From: Octopus bimaculoides
Lineage: Eukaryota
Direction of reading: 5' to 3'
NCBI RefSeq assembly: GCF_001194135.2
Contig: NC_068982.1
Coordinates: 100,279,493-100,321,439, forward strand
Length of the DNA stretch: 41,947 nt
Part shown: positions 34,931-41,947 of the stretch, in pieces
How positions within the stretch are numbered: the first letter of the stretch is position 1
How the letters are laid out: the number at the start of each line of letters is the position of its first letter
Program-made: the position numbers and the translations under genes
The notes under the pieces: generated by a model
Databases searched by the model: none
The model's input: the letters and a program-made list of their open reading frames with translations, nothing else
What the model was told of the DNA's origin: nothing

Positions 34931-35518
34931 TATGTATCATACATACTCAAACACAAATATGCTTTTCACTCTGTCAGGTGTGAAGTCTGGAGTTCAAACC
35001 TCGAATTCAACTTGCCTTTTTCTCCCTTGTGTTTGGGTGTAAATAAGAAATTAAAAAACTTATCTGTCTCTCTCTCTCTCTTTGAGGCTAATTAAGGACT
35101 GCAGAAAGAGTTTCAATAATGTGTTATCAGTTATCAGAGAGTGTTTTAGTTAAAAAGAAAAAAAAAATATTCGTTTCAAAAATATGAAATCATAGTTTAA
35201 CAACAAATAATCTCAACACTTGTTTTTTTCTTCTTCTTATTTCATCTTATTTTTCAGTGACTTTGCACTATTCTAAACCAGTGTTAAATCAGCTTTAGCT
35301 TCAGGAAATAAGAAATTACAAATTCAAAATACTACAATTTTTTTCCCCACTGTTACTTTTTCTTTAAATATCATTAAGCTTGAAACAGCAGATTGTCTTA
35401 GTTTTTAATACTGTAATGTTTCTCTGACAATTGCAATTATCACACAAACCACCTTTCGCCATTTTTTCAACATTATGAAAACTTTTTAGCCAATTAGTTT
35501 TCTTGAAGTCCTTCTATA

Positions 35519-35551
<33 letters not shown>

Positions 35552-35644
35552 GCCTCACAGTAAAACCTAAAAATTGGTGGATCCTCTAGTTTTTTTTTTT
35601 CCCTTTTTCTTCATAAGAATATTATAAAGCATTCTTGAACTGGA

Positions 35645-35669
35645 AATAAATTATACATTTGCAAATAAA
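35645..35669 (+). other. Candidate IMMT polyadenylation signals (AATAAA at 35645 and 35664; ATTAAA at 35050)
   Basis: First canonical hexamers I found after the stop, excluding gap sequence. Motif only. Confidence 0.3.
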
Positions 35670-35998
35670 AACTGATTAGAAAATTTAATTTTTTTTTCTT
35701 GCATTTGTAGCATTTTTGAAAATTTGGCAATTAAAAACACAATTCACGTATTGTTTNNNNNNNNNNNNNNNNNNNNNNNNNNNNNNNNNNNNNNNNNNNN
35801 NNNNNNNNNNNNNNNNNNNNNNNNNNNNNNNNNNNNNNNNNNNNNNNNNNNNNNNNNNNNNNNNNNNNNNNNNNNNNNNNNNNNNNNNNNNNNNNNNNNN
35901 NNNNNNNNNNNNNNNNNNNNNNNNNNNNNNNNNNNNNNNNNNNNNNNNNNNNNNNNNNNNNNNNNNNNNNNNNNNNNNNNNNNNNNNNNNNNNNNNNN

Positions 35999-36233
35999 GG
36001 CACATAAAAGACACCATTTCGAGCGTGGCCGTTTTCGTGCGGGTGACACGTAAAAGCACCCACTACACTCTCTGAGTGGTTGGCGTTAGGAAGGGCATCC
36101 AGCTGTAGAAACTCTGCCAAATTAGATTGGAGCCTGGTGTTGCCATCCGGTTTCACCAGTCCTCAGTCAAATCGTCCAACCCATGCTAGCATGGAAAGCG
36201 GACGTTAAACGATGATGATGATGATGATGATGA
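35999..36233 (+). mobile_element. Young RTE-tail SINE-like element with (GAT)n tail
   Basis: Differs from 22060-22220 at only 2 positions over the aligned ~140 nt. Confidence 0.9.
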
Positions 36234-36980
36234 TAGTCTAGAAGTAGAACCTGCTGTCAACCAGGCATACTTATGCATGCAGAGTTACAATCCTTGTTCA
36301 GAACTACAATAGAATATCTGAAATATGTTTTGAATTTTGCCTCATGTGATCTTTGTAGCACCATCATGTATGCATGCATCCATCAAAACGTCTATTCCAT
36401 GTTGGTCTGGAAGGTGTTGTACATTTAGATAGTTTCAGGATAATGATTATGATCAGTGTCTGCTTTGACAGGGTTTCTATAGCTGGTTGCCCTTCCTAAT
36501 GCCAACCTCACCAGAGTGTGAATTAGGTGCTTTATTTGTAGCACTAGCATTTATGGGGTCACCAAGCAACTTGCAAAACAAGACCCCCCTTGACATATTG
36601 AAGGTGCAGTATTGAGGAAGATAGCTTTGTACCAGGTGTAGAGAGGCTAAAGTAGGAAAGGAGGACAGGAACAGGTGTCTTGTTGTAGAAGAGATACTTG
36701 GGTATCATAGCAGGATAGGGAGAAAGGAGATGAGGTATCAGGGCATACCCTCAAGGTACAAGAGAGAATGGTGAGAGAATTGAGAATCCTCATCATTTAA
36801 TGTCTGTGTTCCATACTAGAATAGACTGGAATAGATTTGAAGAAAAGTTGCAAAGAATTTGAGCTGGTGTGAGAAAAATAACAGGTGAGTAAATATGGGA
36901 TCAAATGTGGGAATTAAAGGAAAAACATGCCACAGTGAGGGCAATGGTGTTTTGGTGGTTCTAAAGATTTTGTTAGAGTG

Positions 36981-37820
36981 TATGAGGTGATATTAAAAAG
37001 TTCCTGGACAAGTTCTGTAGCGTGCCAACAGATGGCAGCACACGGTTGCATACACAGTGAGAGCTAACAGTGATCTTCATGAAGCAGTGTGCTGAGTGAC
37101 ATCACTGTCTTTACTTCACAAGGTGTGAAATTTGTTTCTGTGATCACGCGTATGCAGTAGCCTATTTTTGTCATTGACAGGAACAAAAAGCTAATGTGAA
37201 ATTTTGTTCTAATCTTGAGAAGTCTACTACAGAGACATTGAGCATGCTTTGACAAGTTTACAGTGACAAAGCAATGGGTTCTACACAATGTTTCGAGTTG
37301 CACGGTTGCTTCAAAAGTGGAAGAATGTCCCTGGAAGACCTGCCATGAGTGTCACCCCTGGAAACATGGAAAAAATTCATCACCTTGTGCATGAGAGTTG
37401 TTGCAGGACAACAATGTTTTAAAGTGTTTGAGGGAGATCATTTGGCAAAAGCGACTGGATCTGTAGAGCATGAAGTATTGGATTCTTCACAACGACAATG
37501 CACCCTGTCAACAAGCTCTCCTCACTCATGAGTTTCTCACCAAAAACATGGTATTTCTTCTCCACCCACCCTATTCACCAGATTTAGCACCTGCAGACTT
37601 CCATCTCTTTCCCAAAATGAAAATATAACTCAAAGTGAATCACAGAAGGTCATCAACTTGCTTACGGAAAACAACTTCTAGCATAAATTCCAAAAGTGGC
37701 AGGAATGCTGGGACCAGTGTATTGCTGCACAAGGTTTTGAAGGAGATAATGTTAAAACTTACGTAAATAAGTGATTTTTTATTGAACATAGCTAGTCCGG
37801 GGACTTTTTGATCTAGTGTA
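36981..37820 (+). mobile_element. Second mariner-family remnant (irritans/Hsmar2-like), internally deleted
   Basis: EQKANVKFCSNLEKSTTETLSML..GRMSLED N-terminus, WILHNDNAP and HPPYSPDLAPADFHLFPKMK. Degenerate TIRs AAAAAGTTCCTGGACAAG and rc AAAAAGTCCCCGGACTAG. Confidence 0.85.
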
Positions 37821-38269
37821 TTTTACATCTTACTACGAGGATTTAAGCTTAGCTATTCAATTTAACAGTGTGCTGTATCACCCTCAATAATTATTAATTG
37901 TTCTAATGGAGAAGGAGTTCCTATGTGGGTGCTAAGAGTAGCAGCCAAATCTTCCCACAAATCGCATTTTGTTGTCTTGATAAAAAGATATATTGTACAT
38001 GTCGTCTTGACTTTACTGTGCTTAGGCATTAAAAGGGATGCTGACAGCTGCTATTGCGTTTATGGTTGTTTTCTTAATGAATCCGAGTATGTATTGCCAT
38101 CAATGATTAGGACACAAAATTTTAGGATTTGCCAAACAAGAGAGAACAGTTTGTTATAGAAATCTATAACTCAAATCGGTTGGACTGTAGCATGAGATAA
38201 TTAAGGTGCATGGGTTACCTTTGAGTGTTGTGATGATTATTCTAGAGAGAGTCTGTACACAAATTGTGG

Positions 38270-38665
38270 TATACAGTTAGAATTCAAGAAAATCTTATGA
38301 AGGAAACAGAAAGGTTCAGGAGAATGATTTAGTGTTGGAGAAATCTTAATAGTCAAAAGACTCACTGAGGGAGTTGGGGCCAAAAATCTACAAATAGCCT
38401 TACCATTTGTAGCTTTCTAGAAAGCTTTTAATTCTGTCCAATAAGATGAAATGGATCAAATTCTTTTTGCATATAGTGTACCTTGAGAGAAGTAGTAGTA
38501 GTAGTAGTAATGATGCTCTACAAGAATACAGGAGCTAAAGTAGTATTAACTAACAGAGACACTGATTTCTTCAATATTAATGCAAGCATCTTGCAAGATG
38601 ACATGCTTATACCATTCCTATTTATCATTTTCCTGGGTTATAACCTTTGCACTTCAATTGTCAAA
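38270..38665 (+). mobile_element. LINE reverse-transcriptase remnant of a second family (RTE-X-like, tentative)
   Basis: FVAF*KAFNSV..MDQILFAY..IMMLYKNT-like..DTDFFNINASILQDDMLIPFLFIIFLGYNLCTSI, corresponding to RT motifs D..KAFD and GVLQGD.L.P.LF. Confidence 0.75.
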
Positions 38666-39431
38666 ATTCAAGAATTGAGCTCCACTTCACAAAATCCATT
38701 TCTACTCATCACATAACCACAATGATAAAAGACATGTTTCCCATGCTGATCCTCACAGACATCTGCTCAAAAGCTATGACCTCACTGCTTAACCGTGAAA
38801 ATGTTACAGAAGATATTGGTTTTTTTTTTTTTTTCACATCATGAGTTTATTGTAAACAAGTTTTACCAACATACATATTGCAATGTTTGTTTGCAATTTT
38901 CTATGGAAACAGGTGAGGGTTACTGACAGGAACAGCATATGGTTGTTGAAATTCTCCCTCAATGGTTCATGTTTAACCCATGCATGAAGATTGGAGAAGT
39001 ATACACCAAAATGATAAAGTGGCGACAATGTTTAATGCCTCAAAAACTGAATATATTTGCTTAAAATGAGGAGAGCTCAATAAATACAATGAAACAAAAT
39101 CCTTTAAGGTCTGTAAACTCCTTCATATTTTCAGAAAATAATACTGCATCTACAGAAAAGAATGTAACAGTTTGTCTTGCAAAAACATTGGCTGTTGTGG
39201 ATCGAGAATTGAACCAAGTCAAACAAGTGTTGGTTCTTGTTATTTGACAGCTTAGTGATATTGATGACAGAGAACTGTAGCTTGCAGTATTTTTTGAAGT
39301 GGTGCATGGAGGGCCCCCCAAAAAATGTGCTGCTCTTCATATGAAGGTCAAAATATTTGTACACTTTGAACAGGAAGTTAAAGATTTATGAAAAAGGATA
39401 AACTATTGTTAACTTTATGTTAATGATACTG

Positions 39432-40800
39432 GTACATGGCTGTGTGATTAAGAAGTTTGCTTTATATCCACATGATTTCAAGTTCAAGGCTAGTGTCATC
39501 TATAAACCCAGGCCAACTGATGACTTGTGATTGAATTTAATTGAGAGAAACCCTGCAGAGGCCATCACACACACACACATTTGTGTGTGTGTGTGTGTAT
39601 ACAGGTATGGGAGAATTTACAAAAATAACAACAGACGAAGACAGGTGGTGTAAACAACAAATGGATGTATTATTTTAACGCTCGGGAATAGAGAAAGTCT
39701 TTGACGTTTCGAGCTACGCTCTTCAACTGAAAGGAGCACAGAAACAAATGAGGAAAGAAACAAGGAAAAAAAAAAAAATAAATGTAGTGGTCATCTCTTG
39801 ACAATTGGTTTGTTTCCGTCCCCCTAAAATTAATGGTTTGTTAAAAAGAATCCAGTACTACCAGACATTAAAAAATAAGTCTTGTGGTCGATTTGATTGA
39901 CTAAACTCTTCAAGGTGGTGCCTGGGCAAGGTTGACTAAAGAAGTAAATTAGTAAAGAGCAGAACAAAAATATGAATAGCTTAGTGTTTCAGGATACTCG
40001 GGCATATTAAGTATTAATTCTCTAAGCCTTAAATTCATCATCATTGCTTTAATGTCCACTTTTCCATGCTTGCATGCATCAAATGGAATTTGTTGAAGTA
40101 GATTTTCTATGAGTGGATGTCCTTCATTTTGTCAATCCTTGCTTTCAAGCAAAGTAATCTTTCCCTATGACTGGACATGTTTTCACAGAAGACTGGTAAC
40201 AAACAGCACCACTTGTATGACGGTGACACTCATTTACAATCATCACATAATGTCAATGAAGAAAACATGCAGTCACATACATACATACATATATCTTTTA
40301 CTTGTTTCACTGCTGCCATGCTGGAGCATTGCTTTGAAGGGTTTTAGTTGAATAAATCAGCTCCAATACTTAAATCAGCCCCAATACTTAAAAATAAGTC
40401 TGGTACTTATTCCATCAGCCTTTTTTACTGAACCACTAATTTAAGAGGATGTAAGGAAACCAACACCAGTTGTCAAACAGTGATGGTGGTGGTGGGACAA
40501 AAGCACATATATGATGAACTTCTACTCAGTTTCTATTTATCAAATTCGCTTGCAATCATTGGTTGACTTGAGGTTTTAGTAGGAGACACTTGTCCAAGGT
40601 GCTGTGCTGTGGGACAGGATCTGTAACTACATGGTTACAAAGCAGATTTCTTAACCATACAGCCAGGCCTGCACCCCAACACAGACAGGCTTCTTTAAGA
40701 TATATCCACTCACAATATCAACCCAAGACTATACACGGTGGGACTGAACCTGAAACCATGTGGTTTGGAAATGAACTTAACTATACAGCCGTACCTATAC
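39432..40800. mobile_element. Cluster of SINE-like and other dispersed repeats (39432-39600 +, 39610-39740, 40035-40270 -, 40290-40800 -)
   Basis: Family motifs. 39667-39688 shares (t)tatt..acgctcgggaa with 76-96. Confidence 0.65.
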
Positions 40801-41357
40801 CTTATATCATATTTCAAAAAACCCTCTGTGCACCCCACCTATATATTTCTTGCTGTGCATCAATGTGTTGCAGTGAATCGTTTGAGAAACTCTGGTCCAA
40901 TAACAATTGCTTAAACATCTGCTGGTGTCTGGCTACAATTTGAGAAAAAACAAATCTCCATTGAAACAAACTGAAGCAGATACAACTAAACAAAAAAAAA
41001 AGGAAAAAAATTATCAAAAGTTCACCATTTAATTGATTTTAATTCATTTTATTATTTACAAACAAAATCTTGTTAAAATTCTTTATTGAAATTACACACA
41101 ATAATACATTTATGAAAAAATACTGCTTAGTTATATTTATTTATTTAAACAAGATTTCTTCCATTAAATACTTGTAAAATTGATTTAATATGTTCCAAGC
41201 CCTAATCATAGGGATATGACATTAATTATTGCTTTTTGAATAAATACATGATTGTTTCTGAAATACAGTTTTTTGATATGTATATGTTCACCACTTAAAA
41301 GTGGACATTGCGTTAGTACAAACATGCATTGCCACTTGGTGTCTATCATTGAAAAGA

Positions 41358-41477
41358 TTAATTAGGCCCAGACCACGTGATCTGGTAGTCTGAACAGCGG
41401 AAGTAGCAGCAATTGTCTACAGCACGTGATAGCTCTGATGTGCTTTTATGCACAATGTAACCATATGAGAGTTTCTT
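41358..41477 (-). CDS. Possible terminal exon of an unidentified gene beyond the window end: KKLSYGYIVHKSTSELSRAVDNCCYFRCSDYQITWSGPN*
   Basis: Non-repetitive, retains CpGs, acceptor-like ttttccag|, followed by AT-rich sequence with minus-strand AATAAA near 41083 and 41137. The splice phase cannot be tested. Confidence 0.3.
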   Translation of the reverse strand, partial: KKLSYGYIVHKSTSELSRAVDNCCYFRCSDYQITWSGPN

Positions 41478-41644
41478 CTGGAAAATATTGCAGTATTTGT
41501 GTGTGGTAATGCAACATCCTCTTTTAAGTGGTGAATAACTTTTAGTATGAATACTGCTTCTATCACCCAATTTATTTTATATGTGTGTGTGTATATAATA
41601 TATATATATATATATAATATATGTATATATAATTTATACATATA

Positions 41645-41947
41645 CTCTTTTACTCTTTTACTTGTTTCAGTCATTTGACTGTGGCCATGCTGGAGCACTG
41701 CCTTTAGTCAAGCAAATCAACCCCAGGACTTATTCTTTGTAAGCCTAGTACTTATTCCATTGGTTTCTTTTGCCGAACTGCTAAGTTACAGGGATGTAAA
41801 CACACCAGCATCGGTTGTCAAGCGATGTTGGGAGGACAAACACAGACACACAAACACATATATATATATATACATATACATATATACGATGGTCTTCTTT
41901 CAGTTTCCGTCTACCAAATCCACTCACAAGGCTTTGGTCGGCCTGAG
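41645..41947 (-). mobile_element. tRNA-derived SINE, 3' half, truncated by the window end
   Basis: tactcttttactcttttacttgtttcagtcatttgactg tail and the family body. Confidence 0.9.

Noticed and set aside
40814-41017. 67-aa minus-strand ORF (..QIVARHQQMFKQLLLDQSFSNDSLQHIDAQQEIY..) with an acceptor-like poly-T
   Set aside because: Weak donor, no recognisable homology and no downstream exon to join before the repeat cluster. It may simply be UTR or intergenic sequence.

Overview
AT-rich, repeat-dense metazoan genomic DNA with five N gaps. The SINE/RTE-LINE/microsatellite landscape suggests an octopus; this is an inference I cannot confirm. There is no prokaryotic content and no CRISPR. Two nuclear-encoded mitochondrial genes are arranged head-to-head. 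MRPL35 is on the minus strand, join complement(12155..12182, 9383..9584, 5585..5948), 197 aa. IMMT/MIC60 (mitofilin) is on the plus strand, 13 coding exons from 12280 to 33854, 2184 nt, 727 aa. I assembled both by hand; all introns are GT-AG and all phases are consistent. The two start codons are only 97 bp apart, around a perfect CCGGAAGT ETS/GABP-type motif. As I recall, the same divergent pair exists in human. An unidentified terminal exon lies at 677..888 (+), and a weaker candidate terminal exon at 41358..41477 (-). The rest is degenerate RTE-type LINE pieces, at least three SINE-like families, two deleted mariner elements, TTAA- and TA-flanked MITEs and microsatellites. Repeat boundaries are approximate; exon boundaries were counted base by base.
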